Of a DNA stretch of 64,000 bases, positions 19,357 to 29,500 are shown in pieces. The first letter of the stretch is position 1. Each line of letters begins with the position of its first letter. This stretch comes from a bacterium (GTDB lineage: Bacteria; Patescibacteriota; Microgenomatia; UBA1400; UBA12108): the NCBI GenBank assembly GCA_043827085.1, contig JBDRPO010000022.1, forward strand, positions 4,481-68,480. The letters are read 5' to 3'. Below the pieces are notes generated by a model. It did no database searches. It was not told where the DNA came from and saw only the letters and a list, made by a program, of their open reading frames with translations. A program made the translations under genes and the position numbers.

Positions 19357-20394
19357 ATGACTAATACAAGAAAAGCTCTGATCGTCAGCCCCTATCTCGA
19401 TCACCTCGGGGGTGGGGAGCGTTATATGCTCTCTGCAGCCAGCGCGCTTGAGTCGCTAGATTATTCGGTTTTCTTTTCTTGGGATAATCTGGCAGAAATA
19501 GCTTCTCTTGCTACCATGCTCGGCATTAAACTCAATAATCCTCAACTCGACCCTGTTATCAAAAAATTCTATTTCGGAAGTAATCCTCTTTCTATGTACC
19601 TCTCAACCAAAAATTATGACGTCGTCATCTATCTCTCGGATGGTTCTCTTCCACTCTTGGGTAGTCGGAAAAACATCATTCACATGCAAGTACCTTTCCA
19701 CCACGTGAGCGGCAGGTCATGGAAAAATCAATTCAAGAAAATGTTTGTTCATCACGTTGTCGTTAATTCTCTTTTCACCAAACGGATTATTGACCAGGAA
19801 TTTGGTTTGAGCTCAACCGTCCTCTATCCACCCGTAGATGGAATTGTAGGGACTCCGCAAAAAGATAACCTCATTCTTTCGGTCGGTCGATTCGAGCCAT
19901 CCTTAAACACCAAACATCAGGATATCTTAATTGAGGCGTTTAAGCTCCTTTCACCTAACTTGCCCGGCTGGAAACTAGTTCTCGCCGGTGGCTCGTCCAG
20001 TGACGAGTGGTTAACCAAGCTCAAAAACATGGCAGTCGACTTACCCATTGAATTCGCTCCTAATATTGCTCATGCTGACCTATCTACTCTCTATAGCAGA
20101 GCAAAAATTTACTGGCATGCTGCAGGGTTTGGAGTCGATGAGCAAAAAAATCCAGAACTCACCGAACACTTTGGCATTAGCACCGTTGAGGCTATTTCTG
20201 CGGGTTGTCTCCCTCTCGTCGTTCCCTATGGCGGCCAGCGAGAAATTGTAGTAGACACCAACCTTCATTGGACAACTATCGAAGAACTAAATACCAAAAC
20301 CCTTTGGCTATCCCAGAATCCTCAAGTACCGAGCCTCGACATTTCTCTTTACTCTCCCGCCAATTTTGCCACCGAACTAAAAAAATTACTATGA
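19357..20394 (+). CDS. GT4 glycosyltransferase (ALG11-like)
   Basis: GGGERY, VNSxFT, LYPPV, SVGRF, K.QD, IYWH, EHFGISTVEA and GG..EIV motifs. Confidence 0.87.
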   Translation: MTNTRKALIVSPYLDHLGGGERYMLSAASALESLDYSVFFSWDNLAEIASLATMLGIKLNNPQLDPVIKKFYFGSNPLSMYLSTKNYDVVIYLSDGSLPLLGSRKNIIHMQVPFHHVSGRSWKNQFKKMFVHHVVVNSLFTKRIIDQEFGLSSTVLYPPVDGIVGTPQKDNLILSVGRFEPSLNTKHQDILIEAFKLLSPNLPGWKLVLAGGSSSDEWLTKLKNMAVDLPIEFAPNIAHADLSTLYSRAKIYWHAAGFGVDEQKNPELTEHFGISTVEAISAGCLPLVVPYGGQREIVVDTNLHWTTIEELNTKTLWLSQNPQVPSLDISLYSPANFATELKKLL

Positions 20395-21653
20395 AATTAA
20401 AACAAATTTTCACTTCCAAAATATTTATGCTGGGGCTTCTTATTCGTCTCCTCGTCATGCCTTTTACCGGCCACTATGATCTCCGCGGGATTAATTTCGC
20501 GCTCTATAACCTTCCCTTTAAAGGGATCAGCAATGTCTACACAGTCGCAGAGAAAGGTCCCCTTGATTATCTCGTCGACGTAAACTTCGGCCGCGACTAC
20601 TTTATCTACCCACCCCTAACATATTTTACCCTCGGCTCATTTATGACGGTATTCAAGCCTTTCTATGGTCCAGAGTTCGTGAACTGGATAGAAGGGTACG
20701 GGAGCGATATTAGTAAGGTTCTAACTCACCCTCAGGTTTGGCGCTATCTATTTCTCATGAAACTACCATATTTATTTTTTGACATCCTCTTGCTCTTTGT
20801 CTTACTCAAGTTCTTCGGCAAACCCAAGGATCGTGAATGCGCGCTCAAATATTGGTGGCTCAACCCCATCGTGATCTTCCTGCCTTACCTTTGGGGACAA
20901 TTCGACATCATCCCATCAGCTGTCATGCTCGCAGGAGTCTTGTATGGCGTCAAAAACAAACCTTACCACGCCGCCATTCTTTTTGGTCTCGCCGCCTCCT
21001 TCAAAAATTATCCTCTCATTCTCTTGCCATTCTTAGCCATTATTCTAGGCAAAAATCTTTGGCAAATGCTCAAACTTTTCCTTGCTGGCCTTGCCCCCTT
21101 TGTTCTGACCACCATACCTTTTTGGGGACACGAATTTTTCCGTCGCTCAGTTTTATTCTCCTGGCAATCACAAAAAATGCTTGATTTCCAGCTAGGTCTC
21201 GGCGGTACTGATGTCATCTATCCTTTTGTGATTGGCTACGCCCTCATCCTCCTTTGGACGCTCTACCATCTGCGGGGGAAGTATGAACTCTTGTATCTCC
21301 CGATGGTCATGACTCTCACTTGGTACTACGCCACCACCAACTTCCACCAACAGTGGTTCATGTGGGTCTTGCCATACCTCGTGATCCTCGCCGTGCAAGA
21401 TAAGAAATTGTGCCTCATTGGCTTAGGGGTCATTGGACTTTTCTTTCTCCGTCTTATTGAGCTACAAGCCAACGTCACGAGCGAACTATTTATTTGGCTC
21501 GCCCCCGCCTTTGATGACATCCCCAAATCCCGCTATCTCATTGATATTTTATACGATATCGGCAAGTTCCGAGGGTTAGTTAACAGTCTCTTTGTTGCCT
21601 TATCCTTCTTCGTTTCCGTTTACTTAGTCACAAAATCTCAGGTCAAATCATGA
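20391..21653 (+). CDS. GT-C membrane glycosyltransferase (GT87/ALG6-like)
   Basis: Start re-assigned to ATG 20391 (ATGA overlap). Motifs HYD, YPPL, KLP..FD, LNP, WGQFD, K.YP, QW. Confidence 0.75.
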   Translation: MKLKQIFTSKIFMLGLLIRLLVMPFTGHYDLRGINFALYNLPFKGISNVYTVAEKGPLDYLVDVNFGRDYFIYPPLTYFTLGSFMTVFKPFYGPEFVNWIEGYGSDISKVLTHPQVWRYLFLMKLPYLFFDILLLFVLLKFFGKPKDRECALKYWWLNPIVIFLPYLWGQFDIIPSAVMLAGVLYGVKNKPYHAAILFGLAASFKNYPLILLPFLAIILGKNLWQMLKLFLAGLAPFVLTTIPFWGHEFFRRSVLFSWQSQKMLDFQLGLGGTDVIYPFVIGYALILLWTLYHLRGKYELLYLPMVMTLTWYYATTNFHQQWFMWVLPYLVILAVQDKKLCLIGLGVIGLFFLRLIELQANVTSELFIWLAPAFDDIPKSRYLIDILYDIGKFRGLVNSLFVALSFFVSVYLVTKSQVKS

Positions 21654-22213
21654 AAAAAATAGCTCTTGTCCTTGTCAGCGCTTTTTTCCTCTCCGGTTGT
21701 AGTCGCCTAGATGCCCATCAGCCCCTTACTACCTCCGTTATCCCGCTCTCGGGCGGAGAGTCTGTTTCACAAACTTTTCTCTCGACCCACGACAACCTAG
21801 GCATTGTTAGTATCTGTCTTCGCAACTTCGAGCGCGCTCAAATCCCCCTCCACTTTTCCTTGTCCGAGAATAGCAGTGTTATCAGGTCACTAGATTTTAG
21901 TAGTGCCAACATCGACAATACTGACTGTACAAGGCTTTCATTTGAAGCGGTAGCCGATTCTGGTGGCCACACCTATGTGGCATCTGTGAGTGCGGGTCCT
22001 CCCGTGAAGGGGAGTCTGAACCCCGCCAAGCTTAGCGTTGAGACAAGTGGTGCAGGTCTCCACTTCAAAACCTTTTATCGTCAGGAACTAGGCTCTGTCA
22101 TCAGGGAATCATTCGCTCAGTTTATAGCTCGCCTCACGCTCGACATAGCTTTCCTCCTCCCATATTTAGCTACCTTGCTTGTATTATTGTTCTTAATCAT
22201 TAAGAAAAAATAA
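21650..22213 (+). CDS. Putative lipoprotein with a C-terminal membrane anchor, function unknown
   Basis: Signal peptide with lipobox MKKIALVLVSAFF-LSGC (Cys17). The C-terminus is a hydrophobic helix followed by KKK. Confidence 0.65.
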   Translation: MKKIALVLVSAFFLSGCSRLDAHQPLTTSVIPLSGGESVSQTFLSTHDNLGIVSICLRNFERAQIPLHFSLSENSSVIRSLDFSSANIDNTDCTRLSFEAVADSGGHTYVASVSAGPPVKGSLNPAKLSVETSGAGLHFKTFYRQELGSVIRESFAQFIARLTLDIAFLLPYLATLLVLLFLIIKKK

Positions 22214-22221
22214 TCGCCTTT

Positions 22222-23811
22222 ATGTTTAAAAAACTTTTCATTCTTATTACCATTGGTCTCTCGATCTTTCTCACTACTCGCGCCTTATTCCACGAGGGAT
22301 TCTTCCGCACGATCGACGACGTCACTCCGGTGCGCCTCAGCTATATGGCCAAAGAGCTCGCGTCAATCTCTTGGTTAGAGAATTTCCCCGTTCGCTTTTC
22401 CGCAGATTTGTCTCACGGTTATGGTTATCCTCTTTATCTATTCTACGGTCCCTTGGTCTACTACATTGGTGGTTTACTCATGCTCCTTGCTCATTTGAGT
22501 GACATTGTCGCAGCCAAAGCCGTCTACGCTTTCCCGCTCATTATTGGCCCCATTCTCATGTACTGGGCTTCTCGTCAAAAACTGGGGAGGTGGGGAGCCC
22601 TTACTGCCACACTCCTTTACGCATTTTTCCCTTTTCGTGGCTTTGATGCCTACTTGCGTGGTGGAGTAGGCGAGGGATGGTCCATGGCATTCCTACCCGC
22701 TGCTATGGGTGGTCTTTTCCTTATAGAAAAAAAGAACCGCTGGGGCATACCTATAACCGCTATATTTCTCGCTCTTGCGATCATTTCCCACAACATTAGT
22801 GGTTTGTTAATCCTCGGATTATTGCTTGCCTATGGTTTATATTCCATGCCCAAGAATAAATCATTTTGGGTCTCACTCTTGTTGGGTTTAGGAATCTCAG
22901 CTTTCTTCTGGTTGCCCTCGCTATATTATATGAATATCGTCAAGGTCAATTATTCTGCCCAAAACACTGGGGAGGTATTGAATCATCTCTCTCCTCTTCG
23001 CGAACTCATTACTCCCCACAGTTATCGTCTTGATGAAAAATCGAGTCCCTATCTCTTATATTTATTGATCCTCGGTTTCTTCTTGACCTACAATAGTAAA
23101 AAGAAGAATCTTATTTGGCTAATTGCCTCACTAATCATCTTTTTCTTGCCCAGCATGGAAATGAAATGGCTATGGTCACTCACCTTGCCTCTCTCTCGCC
23201 TGACTCAATTCCCTTGGCGCATCTATATTATTGGCTGTTTTACCATTCCCTTGGCCATTGGTTATTTTATCAACAATACAAAGTCGAAATTTCTTAAACT
23301 ACTCTTTTTTGTTGTATTAATTCCACTCTATATAATGTATCTGCCGGCTTTTTCTCCTCGTGAATATTCCTACTTTTACAATTACAACGCCGAAGATACC
23401 GGTCCTTGTGCCACTTCTTGGGGAGATGAATATATCCCGATCTGGGTTAAAGAATGTATCTCTGCGCCATACGAAAAAATCATGTACACGAAACCAGAAT
23501 TAGATTTTACAATCCAAAAAACTAACAACTATTCCTATCAAACTACCCTCCAGAATGATTCCTCTGTCATGCTCTACGCCAATAAATATTACTTTCCTGG
23601 CTGGAAGGTTATGCTTGATGGACGTGAAGCCAACATCGACCACACTTTTTATAAGCATGGAATTTTCCGCACAGAGGCCCCCGCGGGAGTTCATAGTATA
23701 AGGCTTATTTATCAAAAAACCTGGATTATGTGGCTCGCGGATTTACTTACTCTTCTTAGTCTCTTAATTATTCTTAAAAAGGTCGTTTATGCCGTCAAAA
23801 AAACTAACTAA
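22222..23811 (+). CDS. YfhO/PTPS-related membrane protein (GT-C-like)
   Basis: IDD, FPVR, GYGYPL..FY.P, RG..GE, SHN, QFPWR, EYIP and YFPGW motifs. Paralog of the genes at 9722 and 31909. Confidence 0.75.
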   Translation: MFKKLFILITIGLSIFLTTRALFHEGFFRTIDDVTPVRLSYMAKELASISWLENFPVRFSADLSHGYGYPLYLFYGPLVYYIGGLLMLLAHLSDIVAAKAVYAFPLIIGPILMYWASRQKLGRWGALTATLLYAFFPFRGFDAYLRGGVGEGWSMAFLPAAMGGLFLIEKKNRWGIPITAIFLALAIISHNISGLLILGLLLAYGLYSMPKNKSFWVSLLLGLGISAFFWLPSLYYMNIVKVNYSAQNTGEVLNHLSPLRELITPHSYRLDEKSSPYLLYLLILGFFLTYNSKKKNLIWLIASLIIFFLPSMEMKWLWSLTLPLSRLTQFPWRIYIIGCFTIPLAIGYFINNTKSKFLKLLFFVVLIPLYIMYLPAFSPREYSYFYNYNAEDTGPCATSWGDEYIPIWVKECISAPYEKIMYTKPELDFTIQKTNNYSYQTTLQNDSSVMLYANKYYFPGWKVMLDGREANIDHTFYKHGIFRTEAPAGVHSIRLIYQKTWIMWLADLLTLLSLLIILKKVVYAVKKTN

Positions 23812-25189
23812 ACTAGCTGAGTGGTTCTTGGTGGGTATCCTGGTGATGTTTGCCCTTTTCTTCCGGATCAATCGACTTGAAGGCAGACTGACATTCGAAT
23901 GGGATCAAGAAAGAGACATACAAGCTGTCGAGAGTATGGTTACTACCGGGACTCCAGCGCTTCTTGGTCCGATTGTGCGGGGTAATGCCGGTGGCTTCTA
24001 CCTTGGTCCCCTGTACTACTATCTCATCACCCCCCTCTACTTGTCATCAGGGGGGAATCCGCTCTCGCTCGCCGTTGTCTCAATTGGTGCCGACTTACTC
24101 CTTATTCCCTTGCTCTATTTCTTCTTGCGCTCCCGCACCTCACCCTTTGCGGCCTTCGTCGTCTCCCTAATCTGGGCAGGCTCTCCGCTCATCATCCACA
24201 ACGCCTATACACCCTGGAACGTCTCGCTAATTCCGCTCTGGAGTTTGTTCTATCTTTGGACTATTGAGCGCTTGCACCTTAGCGGGAGATTACGTCACCT
24301 AGTTCTTTTAGTCTTTCTGAGTTCCGTGACGACCAGTATCCACGTCTCCCTGATCCCCATTGCCGCTCTCGTCCTTTTAATTAACTGGAGGCATTTTCTA
24401 GCTCTCCGCCCACGTGCGTACTTATATCTTATCTCTGCCAACATCCTGCCCATCTCTACTCTTATCTTCCACGATCTCACTCATCGTTTTGAAAATACGA
24501 TTCTCCTGAAGAGTTTTCTCTTTGGCGTTGGCGGGAACCCCACTTCGCTTGGTCAAATTCTCCCGCTCATTTTCGAGAAATTTGGCTACACCATCGGTCG
24601 CCTCTTTACCGGTGAACCATATACTGCGCTTGGAATCATTGTGGTGGCTGTTGTTATGCTCGTAGGGTTTATTAAGTATCGCCAAAGTACGGTCGTCAAA
24701 TATAATCTCATCACCATTATTGCCTTACTATTCTCCCTCATGGTCTACCGTAACCTTGATTTTGCCGAGTATTATTTTCTCCCCACTTTTGTGTCAATTC
24801 TGATTCTTTTGGCATATTTTTGTGCTTCCATTCCCAAGATCATTCGCCTCTTTATCCCCGTCGTATTCATTGTGTATTATTTCCAGTTAGGATTTGCGGC
24901 TCGCGCCTCTTCCATCTCTCCCTATTCCTTGACCGTTAAACGTCAGGTGTTAACCGAAGTAAAGTCACTCACTTATCCAGTTGAGATTAGAACCAATCTT
25001 CCGCGGGAAAGAAATACTGGCTTTACTTATTTGATGAAAGATATGGGGATAAATTCCGACTCTGGCTCTTCGCGTAAAGCCTACATCTACGAAGCCAAGA
25101 ATATGGAGATCATTTCTCCACCCGAGGCCAGAAGTATCATTCTCGATAAACCCATCCAAGCCTTCAAGCTGATTGTCTTTAGCAATTAA
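23789..25189 (+). CDS. GT-C (ArnT/PMT_2-like) membrane glycosyltransferase
   Basis: FEWDQERD, LLGP, LGPLYYYL, WN and EYY motifs. Paralog of the gene at 4739. Confidence 0.75.
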   Translation: MPSKKLTKLAEWFLVGILVMFALFFRINRLEGRLTFEWDQERDIQAVESMVTTGTPALLGPIVRGNAGGFYLGPLYYYLITPLYLSSGGNPLSLAVVSIGADLLLIPLLYFFLRSRTSPFAAFVVSLIWAGSPLIIHNAYTPWNVSLIPLWSLFYLWTIERLHLSGRLRHLVLLVFLSSVTTSIHVSLIPIAALVLLINWRHFLALRPRAYLYLISANILPISTLIFHDLTHRFENTILLKSFLFGVGGNPTSLGQILPLIFEKFGYTIGRLFTGEPYTALGIIVVAVVMLVGFIKYRQSTVVKYNLITIIALLFSLMVYRNLDFAEYYFLPTFVSILILLAYFCASIPKIIRLFIPVVFIVYYFQLGFAARASSISPYSLTVKRQVLTEVKSLTYPVEIRTNLPRERNTGFTYLMKDMGINSDSGSSRKAYIYEAKNMEIISPPEARSIILDKPIQAFKLIVFSN

Positions 25190-25196
25190 GTCTTTT

Positions 25197-26714
25197 CTAC
25201 CTCAGTGTCATATTCGTCGACATCAGATGGGGGTCCTCAGGTATTGCCGCCTCCTCACTCGTAAGAAGGTATTTCTCGATTAAAAATAATCCTTTATAGT
25301 CCCAAGTTCTTACCGGCTCTTTTTTAATTCGCACTTGGTCTTCTCTCCACCACCGGACGTCAAATTGAGGATGATCGATGGTATTTTTTGCAACCACCAA
25401 ATAAGTAGTGGCTGATTTTGTCACAAAATTCACCTTCTTCCTCGAGATCTGCGCAGCGTAGCGGACGCCATAGTTTGCCGAATATCCCCAGATGTCCGTG
25501 TCGAGCGTAAAAACACTAAAACTTTCGGGTGCATCGTCCACGATTATTTCTCCTAACGTCTTGTTAAACAGCCAGGAACTTTCCGCTTGTCTAGAAAAAT
25601 CGCGAGTAGAAAACGCCGCTACTTCTGCCTGACTCACATTCACAAACAATAGGGGAACTAAAATCACCACTGCCACATACCTACCCACTGACTCCAGCTG
25701 TGAAGCGAAAATAATGGCATTTATCGCTGTGAAATCAAAATAGTAACCCTTAATTGGTTCTGGGAAAAGGAACGAGAAAGCCCAAAAAACTAAATTCACC
25801 CATAAATAGAGACTGAAAAATCCCATTCTATTATTCTTAACTAATCCTCTCCCCACGCAAATCCAAAATAATAAGGACGCCATTCTCCGTATCCATATAT
25901 CACCTCGGGATAGCAAACCTATCGACATGGTCAGTTCACTCCATCTATTGAGGAAGACTTCTTTTATTGTCATATAAACAGGATTATCGGCCCGCAAATA
26001 CGTCGCGATCGCTCTGAGTTGAAGAAAGTTATGGCGCAAATCAAAAAGTATGTAGGTAGAGAGTGGTAAAAGGATCACCAGTAAAATCAGCGCGTGTGAC
26101 AGTTTCTCCTGCCGTCTAAAAATTTTGTATATCACGAGCATTATCAAACTCAAGAACATTGGTAATCCGAACATGATCTCAAATTGAATTAAAAGGCCAG
26201 CCAACACGCTGCCTACGGCCAAATCTCTAATTCTCCCTTTATTGTGGTATTGCCACATAAAATAAAAGAAGGTGGGGAACAGTAAAAATGCCCCATTAGG
26301 GTTAAATAGCTGATGACTAAAAAGTGGTATCCTCGAAGCCACAATGGCTGCACCCATCAAACCAATCATGGGGGAAAATATTTTCCTCCCCACCCAATAG
26401 ATTGAGTATAAAGACAACATTTCGAGCACCACCCACCACCAACCAACCGCGATGGGGTTGCCTTGACCTACGACAAACGCCGGTAAATTAAGGTAAAGCC
26501 AAGCTGGCCCATGGTATAAGCCAGGCAGGCCTCTGATCCCCTCCCCAATCAGAGTTATTTTTCGCTCCATAACCATTTGATCCATTAAGGCAAAATCTCT
26601 GGCGATGTCACTATGGAAAACAATGTCGCCATGAAGAGCGTACCAACCTGCCAATACTAAACAATACGCAATCACGCTCAGGAGCATTACCTTGCCCAAC
26701 TTACCAAATGACAT
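25197..26714 (-). CDS. GT-C (ArnT/PMT_2-like) membrane glycosyltransferase
   Basis: FHSDIARD, LIG, HGPAWLYL, GNP, FNP and FDLRHNF motifs. TATAAT lies 6 nt before the ATG. Confidence 0.72.
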   Translation of the reverse strand: MSFGKLGKVMLLSVIAYCLVLAGWYALHGDIVFHSDIARDFALMDQMVMERKITLIGEGIRGLPGLYHGPAWLYLNLPAFVVGQGNPIAVGWWWVVLEMLSLYSIYWVGRKIFSPMIGLMGAAIVASRIPLFSHQLFNPNGAFLLFPTFFYFMWQYHNKGRIRDLAVGSVLAGLLIQFEIMFGLPMFLSLIMLVIYKIFRRQEKLSHALILLVILLPLSTYILFDLRHNFLQLRAIATYLRADNPVYMTIKEVFLNRWSELTMSIGLLSRGDIWIRRMASLLFWICVGRGLVKNNRMGFFSLYLWVNLVFWAFSFLFPEPIKGYYFDFTAINAIIFASQLESVGRYVAVVILVPLLFVNVSQAEVAAFSTRDFSRQAESSWLFNKTLGEIIVDDAPESFSVFTLDTDIWGYSANYGVRYAAQISRKKVNFVTKSATTYLVVAKNTIDHPQFDVRWWREDQVRIKKEPVRTWDYKGLFLIEKYLLTSEEAAIPEDPHLMSTNMTLR

Positions 26715-26720
26715 TTACCC

Positions 26721-26735
26721 ATTATAGTATAAAAT
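26721..26735. promoter_or_regulatory. Back-to-back divergent -10 boxes
   Basis: Minus-strand TATAAT (26726-26721) is 6 nt before ATG 26714. Plus-strand TAAAAT (26730-26735) is 6 nt before ATG 26742. Confidence 0.65.
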
Positions 26736-26741
26736 ACCCTT

Positions 26742-27635
26742 ATGTCTAAACCGAAAGTCAGTGTTGTGATCCCTAGCTGGAACAGTGAAAGCCAACTCAA
26801 ACAAAATCTTCCTTATGTCTTTGCGGCCGCCAAAGTTGTAGGTGCCGAAGTAGTAATAGTTGACGGCAATAGCCAACTAGATAACACTGTCGGATACCTC
26901 AAGTCACTAGGTTCCAAAATCCGTTTTTACGAAAACAAAATAGACGGCAGTTTTTCCAACAACGTCAACACTGGCGTCAAGCTGGCCAAAGGTGAGGTCA
27001 TTATGCTCCTCAATACCGACGTCCGCCCATCCCCCGACTGTTTCAAGAACTGTCTCAAAAATTTCTCTGACCCCTCAGTTTTTGCCGTCACCTTCAATAG
27101 CGACGAAGCTTGGGCAGGGGGACGCTGGGAAAACGGCTTACTGCAACACGCCAAGGTCGAGCCGACAGGAGCCAACGCCAACAAATCCAATCCTAGCCTC
27201 TGGGCCTCAGGTGGCCAAGCCGCCTTCTCACGCGCCAAATGGCTTGAACTCGGTGGCATGGATCTGATGTACAAACCCTTCTACTGGGAAGACGTAGATT
27301 TAGGCTACCGTGCCTGGAAGAGGGGATGGCAAATCATCTGGGATCCAAAGTGCCAGTGTGTTCACGATCATCAAAAGAGCGTCATCGCCAGCAACTTTAC
27401 TCCCGAATTTGTGAGGGGGATCGCTCAGCGCAATCAATTTCTCTTCGTCTGGAAAAATATTCATGACTCAACAATGCTCCGCTCTCATTTCCTCCACATC
27501 CCTTCCTTCATCAAAAACTATCCGGCCCCATTCTTCCGCACTCTTTATTATCTCCCTCAAGCTCTGCGTGGTCGTTCCGTCGAAAAACTCGCCTCAGTTT
27601 GCACTGATAAAGAAATCCTACAAAAATGGAGTTAG
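26742..27635 (+). CDS. GT2 glycosyltransferase
   Basis: VVIPSWN, VDGNS, LLNTD, GG.D, YWEDVDLGYRAW and RN motifs. Confidence 0.87.
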   Translation: MSKPKVSVVIPSWNSESQLKQNLPYVFAAAKVVGAEVVIVDGNSQLDNTVGYLKSLGSKIRFYENKIDGSFSNNVNTGVKLAKGEVIMLLNTDVRPSPDCFKNCLKNFSDPSVFAVTFNSDEAWAGGRWENGLLQHAKVEPTGANANKSNPSLWASGGQAAFSRAKWLELGGMDLMYKPFYWEDVDLGYRAWKRGWQIIWDPKCQCVHDHQKSVIASNFTPEFVRGIAQRNQFLFVWKNIHDSTMLRSHFLHIPSFIKNYPAPFFRTLYYLPQALRGRSVEKLASVCTDKEILQKWS

Positions 27636-27637
27636 CT

Positions 27638-29500
27638 ATGAAACCAACGGTTTCGGTAATTATCGTCAACTACAATGCCGGCAAACTACTGGAGAAATCA
27701 GTTAAGTCCGTCATCAATTTCCCTGGCGTTGAAGTAGTGGTTGCTGACAATGCCAGTAAAGATGGTTCCTTCATTGAGCTCCAAAATACGCTTCATGCCC
27801 CCAATTTAATTTTGATCGACAACGGCGCCAACATTGGCTTCGGCAAAGCCGTGAATCAGGCGGTAAAGAAGAGTCATGGCGAATATGTTTATCTCTTGAA
27901 TCCCGATGCCTCGCTCTCCAAAACTGCCCTAGCCCGCATGGTGGAAACGGCCAAGAAATATGATGATCGAGCGATCATCGCCCCGCGACTAGAAAATCCT
28001 GATAAGTCTCCGCAATCTTCTTGTTACCGCCCTCAAACTGTCTGGAATGCAGTTAAAGAATACTGGTTTGGCATGAAGGGTTCATACAGCAAATATCTCC
28101 CACCCGGTAACTCCCCGCAAGTAGTCCACGCCACGGTCGCCGCCGCCTGGCTAGTACCACGTTCAGTTTGGGATGAACTTGGAGGGCTAAGCGATCGCTT
28201 TTTCCTCTATTTTGAAGACTTGGATATGTGTGATCGCGCAAGCATTGCGGGCATTCCTGTCATTTATGATCCTCAGGCTATAGTTAAACACGCTCACGGA
28301 GTCTCATCCCGTACCAACCCAATTGTAATGAAACTATTTACCCAATCAGCCCGAACTTATCATGGTATTATCAAAAAACTCATCATTGACGCTATCATTC
28401 GTCTTCGGGATTTCTTTATTCCCCCTGTTTCCACTAAAAAAATTACAGGAATAATTCTGACATATACTCTCTTTATCCTCACTGTTGCCTCTCTGGGTTA
28501 TCTTCTACTCCCCGAGCGATACTCTCCGACAGGCCTCATCTCTAATATTTATCACTCCAACTTCTTGCTTTGGTCATGGGCCAATTTTGATGGCGAACAT
28601 TATCTCAACATTGCACAAAATGGTTATCAAACTTTGCGTGGCCAATCTGAATACGCCTTTTTCCCTCTTTTCCCGCTCCTCATTAATTTAGTTAGCCGCA
28701 CAGGGCTAGATCTCTACCTCTCGGCTCATCTGGTCATTTTTGCCTCAGCCGTTGGTTTTATTATTATACTTCTCAAATGGGCCTCTAAATACACCAGTAA
28801 CCCCTTATCTCTCTTGTGGTTAGTTTTGCTTTCTCCTGGCGCGATCTTTCTCTCTGCGATCTACACCGAACCTCTTTTCCTCTTGCTCACAGTCACGACT
28901 TTTTACTTTAGTGACAAAAAGGAGTGGGGGAGGGCTGCTCTTATGGCAGCGCTTGCGACCGCCACCCGCGTGAACGGGATATTCTTGGTCCTATTTTTAT
29001 TAATAAAATCACGCTCGTATCGTGCGTTAATTGGGTTGACTGGATTGTTTGCCTACATGTATTATCTCTGGCAAAAAGCTGGTGATTCTCTAGCATTTTT
29101 TCATGCTCAAGCTGGCTGGCAAAAATCTAATCCTACCGTCCCCTGGGTTACTGGCTTAAATTATCTCCGTGCCGTCACCATTGATTTCCGCCCCGACCTC
29201 ACTCATCTTGTGGTCGCGATTGAAGTCTTAGTTACAGCCTTACTGTTATATCTTCTTCTCCGTTTTTGGCGCAGATCCAAGCTAGACGTCTCATACAAAT
29301 ATTACGCACTCGGGAATCTCGCTCTCCCCCTGGCAACCGGATCCCTGGGCTCCATGCCTCGCTTCTCACTCGCCCTCTTCCCCCTCTTCCTGATGATCCC
29401 CGCACTTCCCCGCCGTTTCAGAATTATCACTTATTCCTTCTATATTCTTACTTCCATAATCGGTATCATTCTCTTTACGCGAGGCTATTGGTATGCTTAA
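27638..29500 (+). CDS. Fusion of a soluble GT2 (rhamnosyltransferase-like) with a PIG-V-like GT-C mannosyltransferase
   Basis: N-half: VNYN, DNAS.DGS, NIGFG, LNPD, FLYFEDLD. C-half: WANFDGEHY, AFFPLFP, YTEPLF, TRVNG, Q..W, SMPRF. Start is ATG 27638 or 27626. Confidence 0.8.
   Translation: MKPTVSVIIVNYNAGKLLEKSVKSVINFPGVEVVVADNASKDGSFIELQNTLHAPNLILIDNGANIGFGKAVNQAVKKSHGEYVYLLNPDASLSKTALARMVETAKKYDDRAIIAPRLENPDKSPQSSCYRPQTVWNAVKEYWFGMKGSYSKYLPPGNSPQVVHATVAAAWLVPRSVWDELGGLSDRFFLYFEDLDMCDRASIAGIPVIYDPQAIVKHAHGVSSRTNPIVMKLFTQSARTYHGIIKKLIIDAIIRLRDFFIPPVSTKKITGIILTYTLFILTVASLGYLLLPERYSPTGLISNIYHSNFLLWSWANFDGEHYLNIAQNGYQTLRGQSEYAFFPLFPLLINLVSRTGLDLYLSAHLVIFASAVGFIIILLKWASKYTSNPLSLLWLVLLSPGAIFLSAIYTEPLFLLLTVTTFYFSDKKEWGRAALMAALATATRVNGIFLVLFLLIKSRSYRALIGLTGLFAYMYYLWQKAGDSLAFFHAQAGWQKSNPTVPWVTGLNYLRAVTIDFRPDLTHLVVAIEVLVTALLLYLLLRFWRRSKLDVSYKYYALGNLALPLATGSLGSMPRFSLALFPLFLMIPALPRRFRIITYSFYILTSIIGIILFTRGYWYA

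Noticed and set aside
4679-20390. Long N-terminal extensions in the ORF track (starts 4679, 8058, 12613, 15644, 17971, 20205)
   Set aside because: They overlap upstream genes extensively. Downstream ATGs give ATGA or short overlaps or a -10 box, and begin at the expected domain start.
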